In this document: piece after piece, positions 39,302 to 49,182 of the stretch
How the letters are laid out: every line of letters starts with the position of its first letter
Numbering within the stretch: position 1 is the first letter of the stretch
Origin: Candidatus Heimdallarchaeota archaeon
GTDB lineage: Archaea; Asgardarchaeota; Heimdallarchaeia; JABLTI01
Length of the DNA: 64,000 nucleotides
Reading direction: 5' to 3'
Assembly (NCBI GenBank): GCA_018238155.1
Contig: JABCTZ010000017.1
Location: forward strand, 96,001-160,000
Position numbers and translations under genes: made by a program
The notes under the pieces: generated by a model
What the model was told of the DNA's origin: nothing
The model's input: the letters and a program-made list of their open reading frames with translations, nothing else
Database searches by the model: none

Positions 39302-40309
39302 ATGAATTCAAAAGCAGCAATTGCTACTACAAGTTCTCATTCCTCTCTTTATAATATCGTTCCTGGAGCAATAGAAGAGGGATTAGATGTTTATGTTGTC
39401 TGTTTTGACCGAGATTGGGAACTATGGTCTCAGTATCCCGATTTAATGAAAAAAATCCATATTTTGAGAGTAAATAATTATTCGGATGCTCAAAGTACCA
39501 TTCGAAAATTCAATGCTATTGACAAGGATACAGTTATTATTCCCCATGGTTCATTTGTTCGTTATTTATCTGTCGAGCAATTGAAGCTATTAAAACATCC
39601 AATACTAGGTGGAGTGAAAATCCTTGCTTATGAAGGTGATCGAGATAGGAATTCTGATTTACTTTCTGCTTCTGATATTACTACACCAAAAATTTTCCAA
39701 AAAGCATCACAGATTGACCGACCTGTTGTGGTTAAATTACATGGGGCAGAGGGTGGCAAAGGATATTTCATTGCCAATGATAAGGAAGATTTCAATAAAA
39801 AGAAGAAAGGAAAAAAGGTTAATTTCATACAAGAATATGTTAGTGGAGTATCTATTTATGCTCATTACTTCAGTTCACCTATTGAAGGTAGATGTGAGCT
39901 ACTGGGATTTGATCGTCGTTTAGAATCAAATGTTAATTCACAATATCTTGCTCCATCTGAGGACCCATCATTTACAGTTGTTGGCAATGTTCCAATTGCC
40001 GTGCGCGAATCGTTAGTTCCTGAATATCATAGAATGGGGCGCAATTTCGTAGAACAAACAGGATTAGTGGGACCATTTTGTATAGAAACAATTTGTTCTC
40101 CTGAACCGAAAATTTATGCCTTTGAATTCTCAGGTAGAATTGTTGCCGGAACAACTGTTTGGGTACCTTATGGAAATACATATGCTAATTTGCTCTGGAA
40201 TGAGCCGATGTATATGGGTAAGCGCATTGCCCGAGAAATCAAGAAAGCTTATGAGTCTGATAGTTTGGATTTACTTACAGTTGATTCACCAAATTTAGAG
40301 GAGATATAA
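39302..40309 (+). CDS. purP: PurP family ATP-grasp formate ligase (paralogue 1)
   Basis: SHSSL, IPHGSFV, VKLHGAEGGKGYF, D.RLESN, VVGNVPIAVRESL, FEFSGRIVAGT. Confidence 0.88.
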   Translation: MNSKAAIATTSSHSSLYNIVPGAIEEGLDVYVVCFDRDWELWSQYPDLMKKIHILRVNNYSDAQSTIRKFNAIDKDTVIIPHGSFVRYLSVEQLKLLKHPILGGVKILAYEGDRDRNSDLLSASDITTPKIFQKASQIDRPVVVKLHGAEGGKGYFIANDKEDFNKKKKGKKVNFIQEYVSGVSIYAHYFSSPIEGRCELLGFDRRLESNVNSQYLAPSEDPSFTVVGNVPIAVRESLVPEYHRMGRNFVEQTGLVGPFCIETICSPEPKIYAFEFSGRIVAGTTVWVPYGNTYANLLWNEPMYMGKRIAREIKKAYESDSLDLLTVDSPNLEEI

Positions 40310-40313
40310 ATCA

Positions 40314-41576
40314 TTGATTAAAAGAGAAGAGATGCAACAAATCGTTAGCGAGTACAAAGGCAAACCAACAATAGTTATTTTTGGAAGTCACTCTGCACTC
40401 GAAACTGGTCTTTCATCAAAGAAGATGGGTTTATCTAATATTGTTATAGTTAAAAAAGGACGAGAACGTCAATATATCGAAGAACAAAGCCATCTCTTTG
40501 ATAAAGCAATAGTTGTAGATGATTGGAAACAAATGCTTGATGAATCCATTCAAAAGAAATTGTTAGAAATGAACGGGTTAATCATTCCTAATCGTTCTAT
40601 GGTTGTGTATTTAACAGCAAAACGGATTGAAGAGGAATTACGGATACCTATGTACGGCAGTCGTACAATGCTCAAAAGTGAAGACAGAACAACTAATGAG
40701 AAAGAATACCTCGATCAATACGCTCTAATGGAAAAAGCATCTATTCGTTCTCCTAGAGAAATAAACAAAGATAATTTAGATATCATTGGTCCTAACAAAG
40801 AGGTTCCTGTTGCTCTAGTAAAAGTGCAACAAGCAGGTAATCCTCTCGAGAGAGCTTTCTTCTATATCACTTCTGAAGAAGATTACCATAATCAAGTTGT
40901 TACCATGAAAGAAAAGGGTCTAATTGATGATGAAACATTGGAAGAAGCGCGAATTGAAGAATTTATTATTGGTCCATATTTCAATTGTAATGGTTGGGCT
41001 TCTGGCTTAGGAAAAAGCCTCGCTAAAAAACATCAATTATCTGATGGTATTAATTGGTTGGATTTAAATCGAGATCCTTTTGAGAACCCTGTTGTAGCGT
41101 GGGATTTTGTTGGATTTGGTCAAAGAATGCAAACAAATAGCAATGGTTTCTTGAATTTACCTGCAAAGATCCAATTACAAATAGGTGATAAAATCAAAAT
41201 TAAAAATGAAGAAATTGGCCATACAATGGCTACAATGCGCGAATCGAAAATGAATGAAGTTGTAGGTTCAATTCCAAAATTCCTTGCTATCGCAGATAAA
41301 TATTATCCTCCTGGAATGATTGGGTTATTTGGCTTACAAGGCGCAATACCTATTGATCCTAAGACCAATAAACCGGAGTTTGTTGTTTTTGATGTTAGCA
41401 TGCGCGTTCCAGGTGACCCTGCTGTTGCAGCAAGTCCACAAATGAACAGTTTAACTTTGAAATATCAGAAATACTTACCAAAAGGTGTTCATCAAATTAC
41501 TTCTCCAATTGACATACCAATGCTTGAAATTCTCCAAGCATTCAAAATTGGACAACAATCACAAATAGTAACTTAG
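40314..41576 (+). CDS. purP: PurP-like ATP-grasp protein (paralogue 2, DUF1246/DUF1297 type)
   Basis: GSHSALE, GRERQY, IPNRS, LERAFF, QTN..GFLNLPA, GH...TMRES, PPGMIGLFGLQ, FDVSMRVPGDP. Confidence 0.85.
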   Translation: MIKREEMQQIVSEYKGKPTIVIFGSHSALETGLSSKKMGLSNIVIVKKGRERQYIEEQSHLFDKAIVVDDWKQMLDESIQKKLLEMNGLIIPNRSMVVYLTAKRIEEELRIPMYGSRTMLKSEDRTTNEKEYLDQYALMEKASIRSPREINKDNLDIIGPNKEVPVALVKVQQAGNPLERAFFYITSEEDYHNQVVTMKEKGLIDDETLEEARIEEFIIGPYFNCNGWASGLGKSLAKKHQLSDGINWLDLNRDPFENPVVAWDFVGFGQRMQTNSNGFLNLPAKIQLQIGDKIKIKNEEIGHTMATMRESKMNEVVGSIPKFLAIADKYYPPGMIGLFGLQGAIPIDPKTNKPEFVVFDVSMRVPGDPAVAASPQMNSLTLKYQKYLPKGVHQITSPIDIPMLEILQAFKIGQQSQIVT

Positions 41577-41648
41577 ACATTGACCTTTAATCTCTCGTAC
41601 GAGATTGAGGGAAAAGTTATTATCGCTTGTTAAATTTAACAATGATTT

Positions 41649-42404
41649 ATGAGTTTACAAAACCAAGAAATCATTCCTACAAATTGTTTGTTTTCACTCA
41701 AAGCGGTTGATTTTACAATTAATGGTAAGAAAATACTTTCAGATATTTCAATCGATTTGGAGCCTGGTGTTGTGACCGGAATAATTGGTCCTTCAGGTGC
41801 CGGTAAAAGTACCCTTCTTTCATTATTGAATAAACTTCTTTCTCCAACGGGCGGTGAAATATTTTTTGATGGAAGAAATCTTTCTTCATTTCCATCCCAA
41901 GAATTACGGAAGTTGGTGGGAATGGTTCAGCAACGTCCACATCTATTTGCAGGAACAATTAGATATAATCTTGAATATGGACCAAAAATTTGGCAAATAG
42001 ATTATTCAGATGAAGATTTATTTAAGTTAATGTCAAAAGTAGCTTTACCGGCTGATTTTTTAGACAGAGAAATTGATGGTCTTTCCGGAGGTGAGCAACA
42101 GCGTGTAAGTTTTGCAAGAAGCTTGGCAAATCAACCTTGCGTTTTATTGTTGGATGAACCAACAAGTGCTTTAGACATTATATCCTCAGAGATCATTGAA
42201 AATACAATTAAACAATTAGCAAAGGAAGGAATGAAAATTATTATTGTCACTCATTCTCTACAACAAACACAAGATTTGACTGAACAATTACTATTCTTAA
42301 AAGACGGTTGTTTTATTGAGAAAACCTCTACAATTGATTTCTTCAAAAAATATGATGAAGAAGAAATTAGAACTTTTTTCAAATCCAAAACGGAGGGAAA
42401 ATAA
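41649..42404 (+). CDS. ABC transporter ATP-binding protein (FetA/YbbL/STAR1-like)
   Basis: GPSGAGKST, LSGGEQQR, LLLDEPTSALD; adjacent to a UPF0014 permease. Confidence 0.88.
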   Translation: MSLQNQEIIPTNCLFSLKAVDFTINGKKILSDISIDLEPGVVTGIIGPSGAGKSTLLSLLNKLLSPTGGEIFFDGRNLSSFPSQELRKLVGMVQQRPHLFAGTIRYNLEYGPKIWQIDYSDEDLFKLMSKVALPADFLDREIDGLSGGEQQRVSFARSLANQPCVLLLDEPTSALDIISSEIIENTIKQLAKEGMKIIIVTHSLQQTQDLTEQLLFLKDGCFIEKTSTIDFFKKYDEEEIRTFFKSKTEGK

Positions 42405-43337
42405 ATGGATTTCATCGATATTTTTAATGATATTTGGTCTACGTTAAGTAACATCGATATTTTGATACGCATTGCTCTTTCAAGTGTGATGTTATTAATT
42501 ATCATTATTCTCTCATTTTGGCAGAAAGTAGGTATGGAGACAATGTTTCTTTGGAGTTTCTTCCGAGGATTCATTCAAATTGTTTTAATGGGTTCTATTT
42601 TAACTTTAATTTTTGATATTTCAATAATATGGTTATTGTATATTGTTCTAATATCAATGTGTGTTTTTGCTGCATTCTCTATCTCGAGAAGATATCGCTA
42701 TCCAAAGATGTTTTTAATAGAGCTTCTAGCAATTACTTCTAGTAGTATGTTCATTTTAACATTGGTAATGTTCTCTGGAGTGCCTGCTGCTTTTGAAGGG
42801 ATAATTCCTTTTCCACCACAAGGAGAGTTCATCATTCCAATGGGTAGTATGGTAATCTCAAATACTATGGTAATTACCAGCATTGTTTTGGAACGAACCA
42901 AATCTGACATCTTAAAAGCAAAAGGTTCTGTTGAAGCAGCACTCACTTTAGGAGATAGCTCAACAAATGCGGTGAGAACAATTCTTAGAGATTCATATAA
43001 AGCAGGTTTAATGCCATCTACAAGTAGAGTCGCTATTCTAGGCATTGTCTCAATTCCAGGCTTAATGTCGGGTATGATTATTGGAGGAGTCCCACCAATT
43101 GAAGCAGCTGTATATCAAATAGTTATTTTCTTAATGATACTCTCTTCCTCATTTCCAGCAAGTATTATAGCAAATGCATTATTTACTCGTCAATTCTTCA
43201 CAAAGGAGCATCAGTTTGATCTTGTGTTCTTAAACCAACTAGCAAAAATAGAAGAAGAGAAAAAAGCTCAAATGAAAAAGAATAAGAAAAAAATGGAAAA
43301 ATGGAAAGAAAAATTGAGAAGGAAAAATAACAAATAA
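42405..43337 (+). CDS. ABC transporter permease (FetB/YbbM, UPF0014)
   Basis: RGFIQI, IIPMGSMVISN, VEAALTLG, GIVSIPGLMSGMIIGG..PIEAAVYQ. Confidence 0.9.
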   Translation: MDFIDIFNDIWSTLSNIDILIRIALSSVMLLIIIILSFWQKVGMETMFLWSFFRGFIQIVLMGSILTLIFDISIIWLLYIVLISMCVFAAFSISRRYRYPKMFLIELLAITSSSMFILTLVMFSGVPAAFEGIIPFPPQGEFIIPMGSMVISNTMVITSIVLERTKSDILKAKGSVEAALTLGDSSTNAVRTILRDSYKAGLMPSTSRVAILGIVSIPGLMSGMIIGGVPPIEAAVYQIVIFLMILSSSFPASIIANALFTRQFFTKEHQFDLVFLNQLAKIEEEKKAQMKKNKKKMEKWKEKLRRKNNK

Positions 43338-45032
43338 TTATTTTTCTTTCATTTCTTCATCGTTTTCGGTGTTACTTTCTTCATCTTTCTCTTGCATTTG
43401 CTGTTCTCTTCTTATACGATCTTTAATGAACGGTCGTCGGTATTTGAAAAGCTTCATCTTTGCTTTCTCGATTTCTTTTTGAATGCCTTTAAGTTCTCGT
43501 TCTTTATGTTGTAAAGATACAAGAGAGAGTAATTCTTCATCTGTGTCCCGTATTGTACGCCATTCTTTGTATCGATCAAATGGATATTGTAGCTTTATAC
43601 GTGCAACTAATCTAGATTTGTCACCTTTTATCCATTCACTTTTTGACCAGATATTTGAAATATTGCGTTTGCTTTTATGTTCTTTATTTCTTAGATTCCA
43701 AAGGATCCTCAATTTATCAAAAGACAAGTAATGAAATTTCAGTAAATCTTGAGGAGTTCTGGATTTCATTTCTTCCCAGAGGTCGAGTTTGAATTCGCGA
43801 GTTCGATTAATAGACCAACTCATTAACAAAACAAACATTGGAATAATAAGATATGAAAAAGCTAAGAAAAGAAAATTGTAAAAACTATTTTCATCGATCA
43901 GAGCTAGAAAGGTAAAATTCAGCACTTGAAACCTGGAAAGCAGAGTAAATGTGTAGAAAGCAATTATCGCTAACCACATAACAATATTAAAAGTAATATT
44001 GGAAAAGAATCGAAGGAAGATACTTGGTCTAATATATTCTCTAAATGCATGCCATGATCGATCTATTAGAAACCAAGGATTTTCTTGGGTAGAATCCGAT
44101 TCATGAAAGGTTAATTTTTCTTTAGGCACAAAGACTGTCTTGTAGTGAAAGAAATCAAATTGTGCGCCTTCAACCTGCCATTCTTCTTTGACATTTTTGC
44201 CGAGGAAAACGAGCAGGGGTGCATAATCCATAGGATGGGAAAATCTCTCTACAAAGGATTTTTCACCTCTTAAATAAAAATCCGCACCAATAATAAGCAC
44301 AACCAAACCTAGTGCTAAAGTTAACCAGGCACTAATCGGTATTAGAGCAATCCATCCTCCGGCATAATCTGCTAAATCAATAATTGCATATTCTAATGCT
44401 GTCGTCCAGAGGAGTATCCCTGGCACAACAAATCCTATCATGCTATCAGGCACTGTTTTCCAATTTTTGATTCCATTAATAACACGTCTATACATTCCCT
44501 CAAAATAGGTCCATAATCCCATAACAATGAATATCGATCCAATAACTAGTAGAGCAGCATATATTCTTCCTCCACTACCGTCCTGAGCTGGCAGAAATTC
44601 GGTGGAGAATTGCCACATAAAGAGTGTTGAAATAAAGAATGGTATGCTTAAGAATATGAATTGAAACGGAAATAGTTGTCGAGTCCAAATAATAAAGTAC
44701 TGCAAACATACTTTGACTGAACTATCCAGATCTCTATTATCAGCTATTATTCTGAAAAAAGATCCTCCACCAATATTCCACCGGTCAAGTTCTGTCTTTA
44801 ATTCTTGTGTTCTTAGGGTCAATATTGGTCTAAATCTTCTTTCTAAATCAACTGCTTCTTTAGTGAGATCATAATCACCTTCATTCAAGTTCAAGTAAAC
44901 CTCAGCACCTTCCTCTGGTTTGAGCTTTATGAGACTCTCCTTTATTGCTTCAGTTGGCCAATTGTCAATATTATCATTAAAAGCATCAGTGAGACTTCTT
45001 ATCTTTGACTTCTCTTGCTGTTTTTTCATCAA
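43338..45032 (-). CDS. Hypothetical multi-pass membrane protein (possible split Vps62/NPP1-like domain)
   Basis: About 6 TM helices separated by soluble segments with HPMDYAP, DFFHY and PWFLIDRSWHAF motifs; C-terminal coiled coil. Confidence 0.75.
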   Translation of the reverse strand: MMKKQQEKSKIRSLTDAFNDNIDNWPTEAIKESLIKLKPEEGAEVYLNLNEGDYDLTKEAVDLERRFRPILTLRTQELKTELDRWNIGGGSFFRIIADNRDLDSSVKVCLQYFIIWTRQLFPFQFIFLSIPFFISTLFMWQFSTEFLPAQDGSGGRIYAALLVIGSIFIVMGLWTYFEGMYRRVINGIKNWKTVPDSMIGFVVPGILLWTTALEYAIIDLADYAGGWIALIPISAWLTLALGLVVLIIGADFYLRGEKSFVERFSHPMDYAPLLVFLGKNVKEEWQVEGAQFDFFHYKTVFVPKEKLTFHESDSTQENPWFLIDRSWHAFREYIRPSIFLRFFSNITFNIVMWLAIIAFYTFTLLSRFQVLNFTFLALIDENSFYNFLFLAFSYLIIPMFVLLMSWSINRTREFKLDLWEEMKSRTPQDLLKFHYLSFDKLRILWNLRNKEHKSKRNISNIWSKSEWIKGDKSRLVARIKLQYPFDRYKEWRTIRDTDEELLSLVSLQHKERELKGIQKEIEKAKMKLFKYRRPFIKDRIRREQQMQEKDEESNTENDEEMKEK

Positions 45033-45083
45033 TTATCAATCCATTATACATCTATTTTTAAGGCGAAAAAAGAGAAAATAGAA

Positions 45084-45515
45084 TTAAATCATTTTCTCTA
45101 GTAAATTTTTTCCAAGCTCATTCTCAAATGTTGCTAATATACGAATTGCTAAATGAGCTGCATTCTTACCATTATCAATTCCAACTGTAGCAACGGGAAC
45201 ACCTGAAGGCATCTGAACAATAGAGAGAAGGGCATCCATGCCACCTAACTTTGCTGAAACAGGCACTCCAATAACTACTTTTTTGGTTTTACTAGCACAA
45301 ACACCAGGTAAAGCTGCTGCTAATCCTGCGATAGCAATAATTACTTTTGCTGGTGTTTTAGCAAGATATTCATCAAGCTCTTTTGCATTTCTATGTGCGG
45401 AAAGAACAACAAATGTATGGGGGACATCATATTCTTTTAACACATAAACAACTTTATCAACGATTTCCATATCAGATTTTGAACCTGAAATGATTGCTAC
45501 AACTGGTTCTGTCAT
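45084..45515 (-). CDS. purE: (N5-)carboxyaminoimidazole ribonucleotide mutase/carboxylase PurE
   Basis: [45 protein letters not shown]. Confidence 0.96.
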   Translation of the reverse strand: MTEPVVAIISGSKSDMEIVDKVVYVLKEYDVPHTFVVLSAHRNAKELDEYLAKTPAKVIIAIAGLAAALPGVCASKTKKVVIGVPVSAKLGGMDALLSIVQMPSGVPVATVGIDNGKNAAHLAIRILATFENELGKNLLEKMI

Positions 45516-45625
45516 GTTTATCCGTTCCATGTGAATGAATTTGTAGGTTCGAATGAAGGTAATATTTCCTACTACCTTGTTTCACTCTTTAATTATTGAA
45601 AGTTTCCAATGAGAAAAAAAGGTAT

Positions 45626-46552
45626 TCATTGATTCTTTCGCAGAAATCTCACAAGCTCTTTTCGATTTTTAGGTCCACTTCTTGCACCGATCTCTTGTAT
45701 ACAGATAGCAGAACATGCTGCTGCAATCCTTCCTGCTTCTTTTGGTGTTCTTCCTTTCGTTAAAGCATAAAGCATCCCCGCAGTGAAAGCATCTCCAGCA
45801 CCGGTTGTGTCAACAACAGGCACTTTGAAAATAGGGATATTTTCTACACATTGATCGCTAAAAATAGTTGCTCCTTCGCTCCCTTTTGTAATCGCAATTA
45901 TCTTCCCTGATTTTTCTTTTACAAAATCAGAAGTAATATCATCTAATTCTTCTTCCGAGCATCTAAATATTTGTGACATTTCATCACGGCTTCCAACAAT
46001 TAATTTCGCATGTTGTGCAAGTCTAAATGCTCTACTTGGATTTTGTGCGATAAGGGCTCCCGGGCTCATTGAGAAATTAATCACAAAATCACTCTCTAAG
46101 AGAGCTTCAATTGACGCGATATTTCTCATATCTGAAAGATGTGCCCATTTTGCTTTAGTTAATGCCTCTAATGGTAGATCGTTCAATGTCAATAAATCTG
46201 CAGCACCACTGTATGCCATTATCATTCGATCCCCTTCCTTATTCACACAGATATAACATGAGCCTGTGTTGGTTGTTTTATCAATTATTACTGTATCTTG
46301 TACATGTACTCTCTCTCGAGTAAGATCACTAAGCAAGATATCTCCAAAATTATCTTTACCAACTTTCCCTGAAAAAGCTGTTTTGAGACCAAGTCGGCTA
46401 CATGTAACGGCAACATTTGCTGCTGCTCCACCTGACATTAGTTTGAAATCGTTGACGAATGATTCTCCATCTTTTTTAGGAAATTCATCAACAAGTGCAA
46501 TCATATCAACCAATACTGCACCGATAGAGATAACATCAAATGTTTCAGACAT
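45626..46552 (-). CDS. PfkB/ribokinase family kinase
   Basis: GGAAANVA, GKVGKDNFG, TKGSEGA, VDTTGAGDAF. Confidence 0.94.
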   Translation of the reverse strand: MSETFDVISIGAVLVDMIALVDEFPKKDGESFVNDFKLMSGGAAANVAVTCSRLGLKTAFSGKVGKDNFGDILLSDLTRERVHVQDTVIIDKTTNTGSCYICVNKEGDRMIMAYSGAADLLTLNDLPLEALTKAKWAHLSDMRNIASIEALLESDFVINFSMSPGALIAQNPSRAFRLAQHAKLIVGSRDEMSQIFRCSEEELDDITSDFVKEKSGKIIAITKGSEGATIFSDQCVENIPIFKVPVVDTTGAGDAFTAGMLYALTKGRTPKEAGRIAAACSAICIQEIGARSGPKNRKELVRFLRKNQ

Positions 46553-46626
46553 TTCTATTCACCAAATTCTGACTTAGTACACTCACTTTAGCTTCTTTAA
46601 ATGAATTTTGTTCTTCTTTGCACATC

Positions 46627-48075
46627 TTAACTAACTACACCATTCTTATCAGGAGGCTTATTTGGTAGAGTGAAGAATGCTGGTATTAACAAACAAAATC
46701 CTACAATCAATATGAACATTGGTGTTAGGAATCCATATGGTTGAGGGATTGCGTCATAAAGAAGACCCGCAATTAAACCTCCAGGTAACCAACCAATAGT
46801 TCTGAAAATAGCTATTGAATTATACACTTTACTCTTTCGTTTTGAAGTCACATTTGTGAAGAGTGATATGGTTGAAGGTATCCACAGTGCTATTGATAAT
46901 CCCAATGCTATACGTGATACAATCAATATCCAAAGATTCTGTGGGAAGAAGACAAATACCACAACCAAGCTAGCCCAGAACAAACCACAGAGTTCAGATG
47001 TGAAAAGAAGTGCTCGAGCACCTAATTTATCTGTAAACCATCCTGAAGGAAACATAGCAACAAGTACAGTAACATTTGTTGCAAGTATTAAATTGCTGAT
47101 ATCTAAATCATCCAAGGCATTTACACCCAATAAATCAGCATCTAATAATCCTGCCCAATGAACACCCAAACCAATAGACCAAAAGGTAGCATCTAAGAAG
47201 AAAGTAAATGCAACTCTCAAGACCCATTTATCTTTAAACGTTTCAACAAAACCTCTTAGTATTCCCTTCTTCTCTTCTTTCTCTACTCGAGATGAAAGGA
47301 TTTCTTCCGGTTCATTTGATAGTTCAAAATCCTCTTCGGTTTTTTCTTCTTCTTGCCTTATTTCATCAAAAGTTTCTGCCCATTTATCTTGTTTAACTAT
47401 TTTTGTTGGGTCAGTAATAAACAATAAAGTAACGAAGGCAATAACCATTACAATAATTGAACTATACAAATAGAAGAATGATCGTTCACGATTTGAAATC
47501 AATGCAATGGAACTAAGAATAATTGGAATGAGTGCTGAAACTGTGATTTCACCCATCCGACCGAAGAAATTCGTTAGAGAAAGAACCTTTCCTTTTTGTT
47601 TATCACCCGCAGTTTCAGTTAACATAATTGAATTTGGAGATTCATTTAGTGAAAAAGCAAAGCTCAAAATCAACACGGCGATAATTACCCAGATGATTTG
47701 TGTTGGTCTTGAAATAAAGAAAACATATGCTGCTGAAACTAATATCAAACCAATAATTAGCACTCGTTTGTACCCTATTAAATCATTCAAATAATCAGCT
47801 AAAATTAATCCTACTAATCCACAGAAAGCAGCAGCAGTAGCAATAATACCAATTAATCGTTCTGAATCTTTAATATCTTTAAAATAGGGATTATAAAAAG
47901 TAAAATGAATGATATTCGCTGATCCAGTGAAGAAAGCAGAAATTGCGAAGAAAATGATGTTTCTTCTTCTTTGTTCCTTTGATAAGAATTGCCTCCCAGG
48001 AGTGAGGTCCTCTTGAACGAGAGTTAAAATTTCTTCATCTGCTTCTCTTTTAATTGTCAATTGATACTTCACCAT
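46627..48075 (-). CDS. MFS transporter
   Basis: About 12 TM; YLNDLIGYK and GWFTDKLGAR motif A copies; acidic central loop. Confidence 0.88.
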   Translation of the reverse strand: MVKYQLTIKREADEEILTLVQEDLTPGRQFLSKEQRRRNIIFFAISAFFTGSANIIHFTFYNPYFKDIKDSERLIGIIATAAAFCGLVGLILADYLNDLIGYKRVLIIGLILVSAAYVFFISRPTQIIWVIIAVLILSFAFSLNESPNSIMLTETAGDKQKGKVLSLTNFFGRMGEITVSALIPIILSSIALISNRERSFFYLYSSIIVMVIAFVTLLFITDPTKIVKQDKWAETFDEIRQEEEKTEEDFELSNEPEEILSSRVEKEEKKGILRGFVETFKDKWVLRVAFTFFLDATFWSIGLGVHWAGLLDADLLGVNALDDLDISNLILATNVTVLVAMFPSGWFTDKLGARALLFTSELCGLFWASLVVVFVFFPQNLWILIVSRIALGLSIALWIPSTISLFTNVTSKRKSKVYNSIAIFRTIGWLPGGLIAGLLYDAIPQPYGFLTPMFILIVGFCLLIPAFFTLPNKPPDKNGVVS

Positions 48076-48176
48076 TTAAAGATTAAAAAAATTCTCTTTT
48101 AATAAGAACTGAATAAATTTCATCTGCTCTAAATTATTAAGGATTTACTTATTATTGGTTGAAAAAAGAAAAGGAG

Positions 48177-49169
48177 CTAAGTTAATTGAGCTGCTTTTTC
48201 TCGAAGAAGTTTACGATATTTCTTTTGTAATGATAACAATTCATTGAATTGTTCTTCTGTGAGATCCTCAACTAAATGGAAATTTTCTTCATTGATTTTC
48301 ATTTCTTGTTTTTCTTCTTCCGTGAAATCAGCGATAAATTTCTTTGTTTCAGGAAAAACATCTATGAGTTTTTTTAGTGGAAAAATGGTTTTTCCTGAGT
48401 AAGCAATTGATGCAGGTTTTAATGAATGAATGTTGCCATTAAAGGAAACTGCTGTTCCTCCATTCTTTCTGATAAAATCTAACATTTGAATATCGGTAAT
48501 ACTATCACCAACAGCTAAAACTTCATCTGGCTCACATGAATATTCCTGTAAAATATCGATTACATTTTCTTTCTTCCTTCCTCCACCACAAACAATTGTT
48601 TCCTCAAAGATTGGTCCAAAATCTGATTTTGGTATTTCATCAAAGAAGTATTTATCAAGATCTTTTTTTACTTCTACTAAACCATTTTTCAAAAACCGTG
48701 GAAAAATATCATCAAACAATTTGTCCAAAATAGCGATATTTTTTGGTTTTAGAGAAAAATCAAGTTTTGTACATCGAACGTTTTCTATGGTGTGATTAAG
48801 TTTCTTTGCAATTGTATGTGCATGTTGAGAATAGCTTGTTGAAATAATAAATGTTGGAATATCCTTTTTGTGTAAATAATTGAAGAGTTCAATAGCTCCT
48901 TCTGTAGGTTCTGCTTTTTGAGATAGTGAAATCATTTCCTCTTCATCTGCAAATGAAACAATAATAGGAGAGATTAATTTGAGTGTATCTCCTGGCCAAT
49001 ATCCCTCTTTCTTATCAACTAAGAATAATTCATCGTCATAATCGCTAATCATTTTGAAAAGTTGGTAGAAGTTTTGTTCTTTTCCTAACCTTTTGCCAAT
49101 ACTTTCTATTACATCAGCTGCATGATCGATTGGACAGAGAGGACCCTCAAGATCAAAGAAACAAATCAT
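48177..49169 (-). CDS. HAD superfamily hydrolase (COG4030/EhaR-like)
   Basis: FDLEGPL motif I, PGDTLKLI, IISTSY, GGGRK, VGDSITD, SFNGN. Confidence 0.85.
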   Translation of the reverse strand: MICFFDLEGPLCPIDHAADVIESIGKRLGKEQNFYQLFKMISDYDDELFLVDKKEGYWPGDTLKLISPIIVSFADEEEMISLSQKAEPTEGAIELFNYLHKKDIPTFIISTSYSQHAHTIAKKLNHTIENVRCTKLDFSLKPKNIAILDKLFDDIFPRFLKNGLVEVKKDLDKYFFDEIPKSDFGPIFEETIVCGGGRKKENVIDILQEYSCEPDEVLAVGDSITDIQMLDFIRKNGGTAVSFNGNIHSLKPASIAYSGKTIFPLKKLIDVFPETKKFIADFTEEEKQEMKINEENFHLVEDLTEEQFNELLSLQKKYRKLLREKAAQLT

Positions 49170-49182
49170 AAATTTTTCTTAG

